Shown here: piece after piece, positions 1-9,022 of the stretch | Position numbering within the stretch: the first letter of the stretch is position 1 | Layout: every line of letters begins with the position of its first letter | Origin: Roseibacillus sp. | Lineage (GTDB): Bacteria; Verrucomicrobiota; Verrucomicrobiia; Verrucomicrobiales; Akkermansiaceae | Assembly (NCBI GenBank): GCA_051251855.1 | Contig: JBPOGI010000005.1 | Location: 192,001 to 256,000, forward strand | DNA length: 64,000 nt | Direction: 5' to 3' | Translations under genes and position numbers: made by a program | The notes under the pieces: model-generated | Seen by the model: only the letters and a program-made list of their open reading frames with translations | The model's database searches: none | Told to the model about the DNA's origin: nothing

Positions 1-932
1 ACCTGGCTGATGATATGAAAAGAGAGGATGCGCCGCATATCATTTTGACCCACCGCACCGAGTACGCCACCCACCATGGTGAGGAGGGCCAGCACGAGGA
101 GTACGGTTTGATGGGGCAAGATACTATCGACCGCAAAGACCATTCCGAAGATGCGGAAAAAGGCGTAAAGACCGACCTTGGTCAGGAGGCCCGCGAACAT
201 GGCTGAGAGAGCGGGAGGGACGGAGGGGTAGGAGCCCGGCAGCCAGAAGGCGAGGGGAATGAGAGCAGACTTGATTCCAAAAGCGCCCACGAGGAGAGCG
301 GTAGAGCTGTTGAGAAGGAAGGAGTCGGGCGAGTCTTGCAGACGCAGGTGGAGATCCGCAAAGTTGAGAGTTCCTGTCTTTCCGTAAATGAGTCCCGCAG
401 CGGCGAGAAAGAGGATGGAAGATACTAAGTTGATGACTACATAGCGCCAAGTTCCTGTTCGGGCGGCCTTGCCGGGAACGATGGCCATCAGCGCGAAGGA
501 CGAGAGCAGCAGAACCTCGAACCAGACGTAGAGGTTGAACAAGTCACCGGTGAGGAAGGCGCCTGTAGTGCCGAGGCTAAGGGTCAAGATGAGCGCATTG
601 ACCGACCGACGGCGATAGTGTGCTGGAAGTAGCTTGGCTGAGTAAATTAGGCAGGCAAGGACGACGAGTTGGCAAATTACAAGCATCATGCTGGCAAAGA
701 CATCTGCAACCATCACGATGCCAAAGGGGGCCTTCCAACCCCCAAGCGCTAGTGCGTGTACCGACCCGTCGGCCGTCGCTTGCAGAAGGCCGATAGAAGC
801 GAACAAGCCTAGGGAGGCTGCGACGATAGCGCACCCAACGGAGACGCGATTCTTCGTTTGGAAAAAATAGCTCAGCACGGCACCAATGAGAGGCGCGAGA
901 AGGGCTAAGACGATGAGGTTTTCTGGGGTCAT
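1..932 (-). CDS. mrpD: Mrp Na+/H+ antiporter subunit D (3' end runs off the window)
   Basis: Not in the ORF track because it is open at the edge. Manual translation from ATG 932 (ATGA overlap with the mrpC stop) gives MTPENLIVLALLAPLIGAVL...GGWKAPFGIVMVAD...GAFLTGDLFNLYVWFEVLLLSSFALM, the MrpD/NuoM-N signature. Confidence 0.9.
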   Translation of the reverse strand, partial: MTPENLIVLALLAPLIGAVLSYFFQTKNRVSVGCAIVAASLGLFASIGLLQATADGSVHALALGGWKAPFGIVMVADVFASMMLVICQLVVLACLIYSAKLLPAHYRRRSVNALILTLSLGTTGAFLTGDLFNLYVWFEVLLLSSFALMAIVPGKAARTGTWRYVVINLVSSILFLAAAGLIYGKTGTLNFADLHLRLQDSPDSFLLNSSTALLVGAFGIKSALIPLAFWLPGSYPSVPPALSAMFAGLLTKVGLYAFFRIFGMVFAVDSILPHQTVLLVLALLTMVGGVLGAVGQNDMRRILSFHIISQ

Positions 933-1231
933 TTAGAAGAGCTGCGAATGAGAAGAGTGAGAAGGAAGGCGAGGATGCCGAAGCCAATAACGATGGCAGT
1001 CAGGACAAGGGCTTGGGGTAGGGGATCTGCGTAATCTGCGGCATTGACGGGGCCTTTCCCTACGAAGGCAGCCGCATTGTGTTTCAACCCACCCGAGGAG
1101 AAAATGATGAGGTTGGCCCCTTGGCTGAGAAGAATGAGCCCGATGATAGCGTCGGTCTTACTACCTCCAAGGAGACGATAGATTCCGGCCGCAACGAGGA
1201 CGCCGATGGTGATGGCAACGAGGATTTCCAT
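929..1231 (-). CDS. mrpC: Mrp Na+/H+ antiporter subunit C
   Basis: 100 aa, hydrophobic, contains the ADPLPQALVLTAIVIGFG motif; lies between mrpAB and mrpD. Confidence 0.93.
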   Translation of the reverse strand: MEILVAITIGVLVAAGIYRLLGGSKTDAIIGLILLSQGANLIIFSSGGLKHNAAAFVGKGPVNAADYADPLPQALVLTAIVIGFGILAFLLTLLIRSSSK

Positions 1232-1234
1232 GAA

Positions 1235-3937
1235 TTAAAGGGGGCGAGGGATGTAGAAGTGACGGAGGTAATTGAGGGCAAAGCCCAAGACGGACAGCAT
1301 GACCCCTAAGTCGAAAAGGAGAGGGGTTCCAAGATGGAAGTCACCTCGGTGATACCAGAGTCCGGTGAAGAAGGTTTTCCCAATCAAGAGAGGCAAGAGC
1401 GCTGAGATGCAGGAGATGATGAGTCCCGCGACAAGGAGGCCTCGCGAGAGCTTACGTAACTTTGGAGGAGTGAGACGACCACGTTGGAATAGGATGGCGA
1501 GCCCAAAGGCAGAGGCCAGGATGAGAGCGGCGACGAAGCCACCGCCGGAGTAGTTGTGACCACGCCAGAAGAGCCAACCGGCGGTAACGACGAGAATGGA
1601 GATGATGGCGGTGAGTCCGGTGCCGATCCATGGCGTAGACTGGCCGGGGATTTCGGCTCTGGTGCGGGCGGCCCCCAAGGCAGCGTTCGCACCTAAAGCA
1701 GCAATGACGAGGACGGTAAGTTCTCCCAGAGTGTCAAGGGCGCGGAAATCCACGAGGATGACATTGACCACATTCGCTCCGTAGGCTGAGGGCTTACTTT
1801 CGGCGAGGTGGAAGTCGGAGATGGGATGGTCCCAATCGAGAGCAATCGCTTTGAGAATGAGAGCGGTGACGAGCACTCCAGAGGCAGTGGCGATTCCCAC
1901 CCGAAGGAACTTGGAAACACTTTCTTTGGGATGCTGTTCTTGCGCGCTGGTCCGGCTCTTAATGAGAGCTACGGCGAGGAGAAAAAGAGTGAGGGTTTCA
2001 GCTAGGAGCTGGGTGAGAGCGAGGTCGGGGGCGCTGAACCAAAGGAAGAGAAAGGCAACCAGCAAGCCAACGAATCCGAGGGAGACAAGCAAGGGAAGTG
2101 TTTCGCGAGTGCGCGCGGCAACGATGGCTGCACAAGCAATGAGGGGGGCGAGGCAAAGGAAGGCGATAGCGTTGCTATCGGCGCCGAACTGAATTTTGGG
2201 CCAAGTCTGGGGTTGGAGTGAGAGAAAGACGAGCGAGCCAATGGCAACCAGCATGAGGGCGAGGTGACTTTGGAGTGAGCCCTTTTCTAACAGTTTTCCG
2301 ATTTGCTTGGCGAGATTGCGCAGAGCTTCGATACCGAGATTGAAGAGATTCTCGAAGAGGGGGAGAAAGAGGTTGGGCAGAGGCGGGAGATTGGGTCGCG
2401 ACAGAACCTTCGCAACGAAGAGAGAAAGAAGTAGGGCGCTGATACCCAGTCCGAGAGCGGGAGTCCAGCCATGCCATAGCTTGTAGGAGGCTTCTGCTTC
2501 GGCGCCAAGGGCGGTGGCGGCAGGTCCTAAAAAATTATGGCTGGAAAGGGGAAGGGAGAAGGTTAGGAGCAAGGCTCCCAGAGCGGGAAGAATCATTGCG
2601 ATTGCCAAGGGGAGGGGAAGATCGCGTTTGGGTTCGACACGGTCTTGGCGCGAAAGCATGGGAATAACGGTACGGAGACCGAGGCCCAGAACACCGGCTG
2701 CCGCGATTGCAACAGCGATGGCGAGAAGGGGAGAGTGATACCAAGTCGCCTTGAGGAGATATTCTTTGCCAAGGAAGCCAGGAAGCGGAGCCACGCCAAG
2801 AAGAGAGGCAACGGATACGATGATTACGAGACCTGTAATTTTGGCGGTGTGAAAGGCACCTTTCAGCATCGAAAGCCGTCGTGTCCCAAACCGAATTTCT
2901 AGATTTCCTGCTGCGAGGAAGAGAGGGGCTTTGTACAGTGCATGGGCTGTTAGGAAGATAACGAAGCCGAGCTGCGCTGCTGGGGTGCCAATTGCGGCGA
3001 GGATGGTAAGGAAGCCAAGTGCTGCGAGAGTGGTCGAGGCGAGGATCGATTTGAGATCGTCTTCTCTCATTGCACGAGCAACAGCGGTGCCAATCGTCAG
3101 GATTCCCGAAGTGGCGAGGAGAGGAGTCCAGAGGGGGTGCTGGCTCATCATGGGTGCAAGGGTGGCGAGCAAAAAGACACCGGCTTTGACCATGGTTGCG
3201 GAGTGCAGAAAGGCCGAGACGGGAGTGGGGCCAACCATGGCGTTGGGTAGCCAAAAGTGGAACGGCCATTGCGCAGACTTGGTAAGAGCTCCGATCATGA
3301 CGAGGAGCATTCCAGCGGTGACCACTCCTCCCTCGGGTAGGGCTTCTTGGGAAAGAAGTTCGGAGATTTTGGCAGTGCCAAATCCTTGCTGTAGAAGAAT
3401 AAACCCAGCGAGTAGCGCGGCGCCACCACCGAGGGTGATGAGCATCGCCTGCGAGGCGTTCTCACGTGTCTTTTCATGCTGATGGTGAAAGCCCACTAAG
3501 AGAAAAGAGAAAAGAGAGGTCGCTTCCCAGAAAAGAAAGAGAAGGTAAAAGTTATCGGCCCAGATTACCCCTAACATCGCGGAGGTGAAGATGGCGAGGT
3601 AGCTCATTAAGGTGAAGCGCCCCGGCTTTTTCTCGAAATAATAACAGGCGTAAAGTTGGATGCAGGCGCCCAATCCGAGAATGAGTGCACCGAACCAGGC
3701 GGTGAAAGGGGTGAGCCGTAGCGCCCAGTCTATACCGAGCTCAGAAGCCCATGGCTTGTCTACGAGAATACTCTCTCCCTTGAGATCGAAGGCAATGAGC
3801 CATGCCGCCCCGCATCCAAAGATTAGGGCGGTTAGGACTCCGACCAAATTTTGCAATCGTTTGGGGAGACGATTCCCGACCGCAAAAAGCAGGAGGCAGA
3901 GAATCGGAAGGGCGAGAAGAATGAGGGGTGAGGACAT
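1235..3937 (-). CDS. mrpA: Mrp Na+/H+ antiporter subunit A (A/B fusion, group 2 Mrp)
   Basis: Motifs FLFWEATS, TKSAQWPFHFWLPNAMVGPTPVSAFLHSATMVKAG and NVVNVILVDFRALDTLGE; C-terminal MrpB part RGHNYSGGGF...LLFDLGV. Start placed at ATG 3937 (MSSPLILL) rather than 4015. Confidence 0.92.
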   Translation of the reverse strand: MSSPLILLALPILCLLLFAVGNRLPKRLQNLVGVLTALIFGCGAAWLIAFDLKGESILVDKPWASELGIDWALRLTPFTAWFGALILGLGACIQLYACYYFEKKPGRFTLMSYLAIFTSAMLGVIWADNFYLLFLFWEATSLFSFLLVGFHHQHEKTRENASQAMLITLGGGAALLAGFILLQQGFGTAKISELLSQEALPEGGVVTAGMLLVMIGALTKSAQWPFHFWLPNAMVGPTPVSAFLHSATMVKAGVFLLATLAPMMSQHPLWTPLLATSGILTIGTAVARAMREDDLKSILASTTLAALGFLTILAAIGTPAAQLGFVIFLTAHALYKAPLFLAAGNLEIRFGTRRLSMLKGAFHTAKITGLVIIVSVASLLGVAPLPGFLGKEYLLKATWYHSPLLAIAVAIAAAGVLGLGLRTVIPMLSRQDRVEPKRDLPLPLAIAMILPALGALLLTFSLPLSSHNFLGPAATALGAEAEASYKLWHGWTPALGLGISALLLSLFVAKVLSRPNLPPLPNLFLPLFENLFNLGIEALRNLAKQIGKLLEKGSLQSHLALMLVAIGSLVFLSLQPQTWPKIQFGADSNAIAFLCLAPLIACAAIVAARTRETLPLLVSLGFVGLLVAFLFLWFSAPDLALTQLLAETLTLFLLAVALIKSRTSAQEQHPKESVSKFLRVGIATASGVLVTALILKAIALDWDHPISDFHLAESKPSAYGANVVNVILVDFRALDTLGELTVLVIAALGANAALGAARTRAEIPGQSTPWIGTGLTAIISILVVTAGWLFWRGHNYSGGGFVAALILASAFGLAILFQRGRLTPPKLRKLSRGLLVAGLIISCISALLPLLIGKTFFTGLWYHRGDFHLGTPLLFDLGVMLSVLGFALNYLRHFYIPRPL

Positions 3938-3977
3938 CAACGTGAGATCAGAAATCGGCGAGAAGCAGAGAAGCAGG

Positions 3978-4874
3978 CTATTGGCTAAGTCCCAATAATT
4001 GGCGCAAGAATCCAAGAGACGCGTTCTTTTGTTTCACCACAAGGACGGGGCATTCTGAATTTCGAATGATTTCGGCTGCCTGACTGCCAAGCACTGCAAC
4101 GGAGAGAGCATTCCGGCCTTGGCACCCGATGACTAGGAGATCGCCTTCTGCAGGCTGGCCGAGCTTGGAGATTTCTTTTCCAAAGGAGTAGCCAGTGAGT
4201 AATGTGCGTCTCCACTTGTTAGGTTGTTTGGAGTGTTCTCTCACGAAAGAGGCCAAGTTGTCAGCCTCGGTATCGAGGACTATTTTTTTTAGGGCGTCTG
4301 GGCTGATTGCCATGGTTGCTCGCGCGGTGGAAGGAACTCTGGTCAGGTGTATAGCCTCGAGCTTGCAGTCTCCTGCAGGGTCTAAGGTGGCAAAGGCTTG
4401 GGACCAATCAAGGACGAGCTTGGATAAATCCGAAAAATCGACGGAGGCGAGAATACGGCGCGGGGGCGTCGGTGGCCTACCAGGAATGACTAAAACGCCA
4501 ACCGGGCTTTTTCGCGCGAGTCTCTCTGCGAGAGCGCGGCCGTCGAAGTCATTGGCTGCAATCACCACAAGGTCGTATTCTCCTCCCGCAAGGCGATGAA
4601 GAATCGGCCCTAGTGGGGGCTCGTCGCTGGCATGAATTGAAAAAGGGAGTTCGCCAAGAGAGGCTGTGGCTTCTTGGGCGAAGGTCTTTTTGTCGTTGCT
4701 CACTGTGTTAACGCCTTCTTCGTGGGGATAGACTTCCAGTGGAACGGGTAGGCATTGGAGAATATCGATGCTTTGGGCTTGGGAGGCTACCGCAAGAAGC
4801 TTGGACCAGGCAAGGAGGGGTGCAGCATCATGATCTTGGGGAAGAACGGTGAGAATTTTTTGGAAGCGTTTCAT
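3978..4874 (-). CDS. universal stress protein (tandem USP domains)
   Basis: Two USP repeats: ...LARKSPVGVLVIP, RRILASVDFS, and LLVIGCQGRN...LGSQAAEIIRNSECPVLVV. Confidence 0.88.
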   Translation of the reverse strand: MKRFQKILTVLPQDHDAAPLLAWSKLLAVASQAQSIDILQCLPVPLEVYPHEEGVNTVSNDKKTFAQEATASLGELPFSIHASDEPPLGPILHRLAGGEYDLVVIAANDFDGRALAERLARKSPVGVLVIPGRPPTPPRRILASVDFSDLSKLVLDWSQAFATLDPAGDCKLEAIHLTRVPSTARATMAISPDALKKIVLDTEADNLASFVREHSKQPNKWRRTLLTGYSFGKEISKLGQPAEGDLLVIGCQGRNALSVAVLGSQAAEIIRNSECPVLVVKQKNASLGFLRQLLGLSQ

Positions 4875-4904
4875 TTGGTTAGTTGCGAACTAGGAATATA
4901 AATA

Positions 4905-4948
4905 CACGAAAAAATTGTCATGTAAACAAATTCGCGACAAAATTCGCG
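4905..4948. promoter_or_regulatory. pair of imperfect inverted repeats, candidate operators between usp/mrp and the CNNM gene
   Basis: CACGA-AAAAATTG-TCATG (4905-4922) and CGCGA-CAAAAT-TCGCG (4933-4948). A similar pair occurs at 7311-7368. Confidence 0.5.
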
Positions 4949-5077
4949 CAATTTTGGATTATGTGCCGATAATTCGAAAAGAATGCATCATCAGAGAGAT
5001 AATTAGGATGAAAAAGAGCCCCTCTCTGCGGAGTTTCTTGAGTTTGTCTCCCTCCAACGCTTTCCTGTCCCCACTTC

Positions 5078-6112
5078 ATGCATGAACTCTTCACTTGGGC
5101 TCTCATTGTCCTGTGTCTCTCCCAATCCGCGATGTTCTCGGGGCTTAACCTTGCCCTGTTTTCTCTTTCTAAGCTTCAGCTCGAGACCGAGGTCAAAAAG
5201 GGGAGTCAAAGCGCCGTCCAAATTGCTCGGCTAAGGGGGGATGCCAATTTGCTCCTCTGCACTATTCTGTGGGGCAATGTGTCGGTTAACGTATTGCTCA
5301 CTATTTTGGCGGACTCGGTGGTGACGGGGATTTTTGCATTTCTGTTTTCTACGGTAGGAATCACTATTGTGGGTGAAATTATGCCGCAAGCGTATTTCTC
5401 TCGTAACGCGCTTAAGATGGGGGCGAGGCTTTCGCCGATCATTCGCTTCTATCGCATGCTCCTTTTTCCTGTCGCCAAGCCGAGCGCAATGTTGTTAGAC
5501 CGCTGGATTGGTCCGGAGGGAACCCGGTTTTTTAAGGAAGATGAGTTTGAGGTGATGCTTGATCAGCATATCCGTGAGCCATCCTCGGATATTTCTTACG
5601 CGGAGGGCCGGGGAGCATTGAACTTTTTGCGATTAGATGACCTGCGGGTCTCGGGCGAGGGCTCGCAGTTAGATTCTGATAGTGTGGTCGCCTTGCCGCT
5701 GCGGGATGGTAAGGCATATATCCCTGAAGCAGGGAGTGTGGAGGAAGCCATCTTATCCAAAGCGATTTCTGCCACTTCTCATACTTGGGTGGTCTTAGTT
5801 GATGAGAACGAGTATCCCCTCGAGTGCATGAACGTGGACGACTATCTGCGCGCTCTCTATGATGGCAAGATGGAGGTTCCTCTCCTGGAGTATTGTCAAA
5901 AACCCATCGTCACCACTGATTCGGATTTGACGTTGGATAGGGTGCTACCTCAGCTAGACGTCGAGTCCGAGCACCATGGTGACCGAGCTTTGGACCGCGA
6001 AGTGGTTCTCTATTGGGGAGATAGGACCAAGCGTATTATCACCGGAGCCGACCTTCTTGGGCGACTTCTTCATGGAATCGTCATTCGTCGCCAGGCTGAA
6101 AATTTGGATTAG
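5078..6112 (+). CDS. CNNM/DUF21-domain membrane protein with degenerate CBS region (putative metal/Mg transporter)
   Basis: SAMFSGLNLALFSL, LLCTILWGNVSVN and GEIMPQAYFSR are DUF21 motifs. Confidence 0.85.
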   Translation: MHELFTWALIVLCLSQSAMFSGLNLALFSLSKLQLETEVKKGSQSAVQIARLRGDANLLLCTILWGNVSVNVLLTILADSVVTGIFAFLFSTVGITIVGEIMPQAYFSRNALKMGARLSPIIRFYRMLLFPVAKPSAMLLDRWIGPEGTRFFKEDEFEVMLDQHIREPSSDISYAEGRGALNFLRLDDLRVSGEGSQLDSDSVVALPLRDGKAYIPEAGSVEEAILSKAISATSHTWVVLVDENEYPLECMNVDDYLRALYDGKMEVPLLEYCQKPIVTTDSDLTLDRVLPQLDVESEHHGDRALDREVVLYWGDRTKRIITGADLLGRLLHGIVIRRQAENLD

Positions 6113-6144
6113 AAAAAGGACAGGCCGTTTTCACAGCCTGTCCT
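6113..6144 (-). terminator. intrinsic terminator between convergent genes
   Basis: AGGACAGGC/GCCTGTCCT 9-bp perfect stem followed by a T5 tract on the minus strand. Confidence 0.7.
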
Positions 6145-6183
6145 CAAGGACGCGTCCTTACCGAATTTTTAAGCGGAACCTCT

Positions 6184-7305
6184 TTAGGCAGCACTGACTT
6201 TGCCTACATGCTTTCCGTAGGGAAAGTAGCGGAGAAGACACCCGACTCCGGTGAGTCGTTCAAGTGCTTCGCTGTCTTTTACGGTCTCGATGGGGATGTC
6301 ATTTCGAGTAGCTAATCGAACAAGTTCTTCTTTGAGTTCAGGCTCATCGAAATCATGGTCGATAATGAGCATATCGGCATATCCCTGCATCAGGGCCTCT
6401 CTGGTAGCACTGACCCCGGCTACTCCGAGGCCTCGACTCATGACTGCAGACTCCAGTTCCTCAACTCGGTCGTGACTCTCGATATGTTCATTGGCGGCAA
6501 AGACTTCCAAAGCCTCAACCACGATGGGATAGATGCCATTACGAGGGTTCGTGGGGAGAGTCGTGAGGAGCTTTTTCTTTAGCCGAGGGGGAAGGGCCTT
6601 AGTAAAGCGGGCGACTGCTTTAGGGCTTCCCGCGACCACGAGGTGATTGTGGCCTCGCTGTTTCATGAGCTCATCGACAATTCCGATCTTCTGCTGAAGG
6701 AACTGGTCATTTCGGTTCTTCTTGTGGTTCTGGTAATGCTCTCGTGTCCACTCGCGTCCGAGTCTCTCACGCAGCTCGGGTCGCTTAGTGAAGATTTCGC
6801 GGGTGACGGCCCCGACCACGGTTTCGACGATACGAGCTTCTTCCTCTGTCACCACCACGATCGCGAATCGATGATAGGTGTCCTTGGTCTCGATGACGGG
6901 ATAGATGTGAGGAAGGGTGTCGACGATCAGCTGGCTGTCGAGAGGGACACTGAACTCGAGAGGAAGGAAAAAGGGCCGCTCTCCCCATCGGGCGTAAATG
7001 GCAGCTCCCTTCGACCCCTTTGCAAGGGATGTTTCGAGATGGTTCTTAATTTCGGCGAAGGCGTCTTCAAAGTCCACCCTTCGCTTTCCGCCGAGGCGAC
7101 GACTCATTTCGAGGGCCTGTCTTTCGAAGGCTTGTAAAGTCATGGCGAGATTTTCCTCCAAGTTGACGAAGCAGCTGATGAGAGGACTCTCGTCGGGAGC
7201 CACGTCGGAAAGACGATTCAGCGCCTTCTTGAGCTGGTAGCTCGGGATGGCTGCGTGAGGAGTCGACGGGCGGCATTCTTCAATTTTCATTGGCATCTTG
7301 TTCAT
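6184..7305 (-). CDS. bacterial aeRF1/pelota-like protein (baeRF family; Balon-like ribosome-associated factor)
   Basis: About 370 aa with eRF1-like three-domain layout: ISCFVNL, GAAIYA, PHIYPV, LVVAGS, and an eRF1_3/L7Ae-like C-terminus LGVAGVSATREAL...EELVRLA...GVGCLLRY. No GGQ or NIKS motif. Confidence 0.75.
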   Translation of the reverse strand: MNKMPMKIEECRPSTPHAAIPSYQLKKALNRLSDVAPDESPLISCFVNLEENLAMTLQAFERQALEMSRRLGGKRRVDFEDAFAEIKNHLETSLAKGSKGAAIYARWGERPFFLPLEFSVPLDSQLIVDTLPHIYPVIETKDTYHRFAIVVVTEEEARIVETVVGAVTREIFTKRPELRERLGREWTREHYQNHKKNRNDQFLQQKIGIVDELMKQRGHNHLVVAGSPKAVARFTKALPPRLKKKLLTTLPTNPRNGIYPIVVEALEVFAANEHIESHDRVEELESAVMSRGLGVAGVSATREALMQGYADMLIIDHDFDEPELKEELVRLATRNDIPIETVKDSEALERLTGVGCLLRYFPYGKHVGKVSAA

Positions 7306-7310
7306 AGTCT

Positions 7311-7368
7311 CGTAAACTATGTCACGAAATCAAAAGGGCGCAAATAAAAGCGTGAAAAAAATGTCACC
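7311..7368. promoter_or_regulatory. pair of imperfect inverted repeats, candidate operators between baeRF and the wHTH regulator
   Basis: CGTAA-ACTATG-TCACG (7311-7326) and CGTGA-AAAAAATG-TCACC (7351-7368). The core GAAAAAAWTGTCA is shared with 4908-4920. Confidence 0.5.
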
Positions 7369-7380
7369 TATTAACCCGGT

Positions 7381-7719
7381 ATGAGTAATCCTAAGATTGA
7401 ACCCACTAAAAACCAGATAGTTCCAGACCCAGCTTTCCTTGCCGAAAAGTTTTCAGGATGGACGTTTTTGACAAATCATACCCACGTGATTGTCTGCCTC
7501 TCCCGTGATTCGGCACTGACGGTTAGAAGTTTGGCGCTCCAAATTGGTATTACTGAACGTTCGGTGCAGCGAATTTTAGCAGAGCTCGAAGAGGGCGGCG
7601 TGGTGCAGAGAACTAAGGATGGGCGCTGCAATCTCTATAGCATCGACGAGGATTTTCAGCTGCGTCATCCCCTAGAGTCGCATCACACTGTGGCCGATCT
7701 CTTGAAGGCTCTCAAGTAG
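7381..7719 (+). CDS. winged-helix (MarR/ArsR-like) transcriptional regulator
   Basis: WTFLTNHTHV...VRSLALQIGITERSVQRILAELEEGG...GRCNLY...LRHPLE. Confidence 0.88.
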   Translation: MSNPKIEPTKNQIVPDPAFLAEKFSGWTFLTNHTHVIVCLSRDSALTVRSLALQIGITERSVQRILAELEEGGVVQRTKDGRCNLYSIDEDFQLRHPLESHHTVADLLKALK

Positions 7720-7735
7720 GGTTCACGCCTAGAAA

Positions 7736-9022
7736 TTAGCTTTCCTCGATGAGCGGTTTGCGAGGATCCATGAGCATCCAAAGAGCAATCGCCAAAAGGT
7801 TCAAGGTTGCTGCAAGGTAGAAGAAGGGTTCGGTTTCGCGCGAAAATGGTGCGTTGGGTCCAACCCAGGTAGATGCGGCGAACCAAGCCGTGAGGTAGGG
7901 GAAGGCGAGCGAGGTGATCACGGAGCCGACGTTGCCAGCCATATTCATTGTCCCGGAAACAGTGCCCGCATTCTTTCCTCCAATATCGACACAGAAGGAC
8001 CACGAAGGTGACAAGGTCATGTCAGCCCCGAAGACGGCGAGGGTGAGAAAGGCGACCGCACCGACAACATTGTCCATGTGAAGGCTCGCCAAGAGACCAA
8101 TGGCCGCGAGCGAGAAACCGATGATAGCGGGGATACGCCTCGAGAGTTGGAGGTTGCCGCTGCGGAAGAGGCGATCGACGAGAGCGCCTGAGGTCAGGTT
8201 GCCAAGAAAGCCACCGAGCAAGGGAATTGCGGCAGCGAACCCTGCTTTCTCGGGGGTGAGATCGTAGGTTTCTTTGACGTAAGGATAAAGCCAGGTCAGT
8301 GCGAAGAAGAAGGTGAAGTTGCTGCAGAAATACTGCACCATGGTGAGCCACATGTTGCGTGAACCCAAGACGTGGCCAGCAGTAAGGGCGGTGGTTGAGG
8401 TGGAGGGTGGCTGTCGGTTCTCGATAATATGATTTTTCTCATCCTCGGAGATGGACTTGTGATCAGAGGGCTCATCGCGAAACCAAGCATACCAGACAAA
8501 GGCCCATACAAACCCTAACAATCCAAAGACCACAAAGGTCATGCGCCAGCCCATGAGGTGAATCAGGGCTGGCATCGCAAACATGGCAGCGGCGCCACCG
8601 AGTCGGGAGGCGGAAAAGTTGATGCCTGTTACGAGCCCTCGTTCCTTGACTGGAATCCATGAAAAGGTGGCGCGTGCCATGCCGGGGAAGGCTCCAGCCT
8701 CACCAATGCCGAAGAGAAAGCGACAGATGAGAAGTGAGAGGAGGTTGAACGTTGCTCCGGTAAGGGCGGTAAAGAGGGACCAGAAGGAGACCACGGCTGT
8801 GAGGATTTTCCGAGGACCGAGTCGATCGGAGAGAGCTCCGGCGGGAGTTTGTGCAAGGGCGTATCCGATAGCGAAGATGGAGAGGACCCAGCCGAATTGT
8901 TTGTCGCTGAGATTAAACTCGCCAGTGATATCACTCTTGGCAGCCGAGATACAGGCGCGGTCGATGTAAAGAATAAGCGAGAGAACGAAGGTGGCGGCGA
9001 CAAACTTGTGGCGGGTTTTCAT
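7736..9022 (-). CDS. MFS transporter, anion:cation symporter (glucarate/galactonate-like)
   Basis: YIDR motif, GALSDRLGPR (motif A), RFLFGIGEAGAFP, ERG; about 12 TM segments. Confidence 0.88.
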   Translation of the reverse strand: MKTRHKFVAATFVLSLILYIDRACISAAKSDITGEFNLSDKQFGWVLSIFAIGYALAQTPAGALSDRLGPRKILTAVVSFWSLFTALTGATFNLLSLLICRFLFGIGEAGAFPGMARATFSWIPVKERGLVTGINFSASRLGGAAAMFAMPALIHLMGWRMTFVVFGLLGFVWAFVWYAWFRDEPSDHKSISEDEKNHIIENRQPPSTSTTALTAGHVLGSRNMWLTMVQYFCSNFTFFFALTWLYPYVKETYDLTPEKAGFAAAIPLLGGFLGNLTSGALVDRLFRSGNLQLSRRIPAIIGFSLAAIGLLASLHMDNVVGAVAFLTLAVFGADMTLSPSWSFCVDIGGKNAGTVSGTMNMAGNVGSVITSLAFPYLTAWFAASTWVGPNAPFSRETEPFFYLAATLNLLAIALWMLMDPRKPLIEES

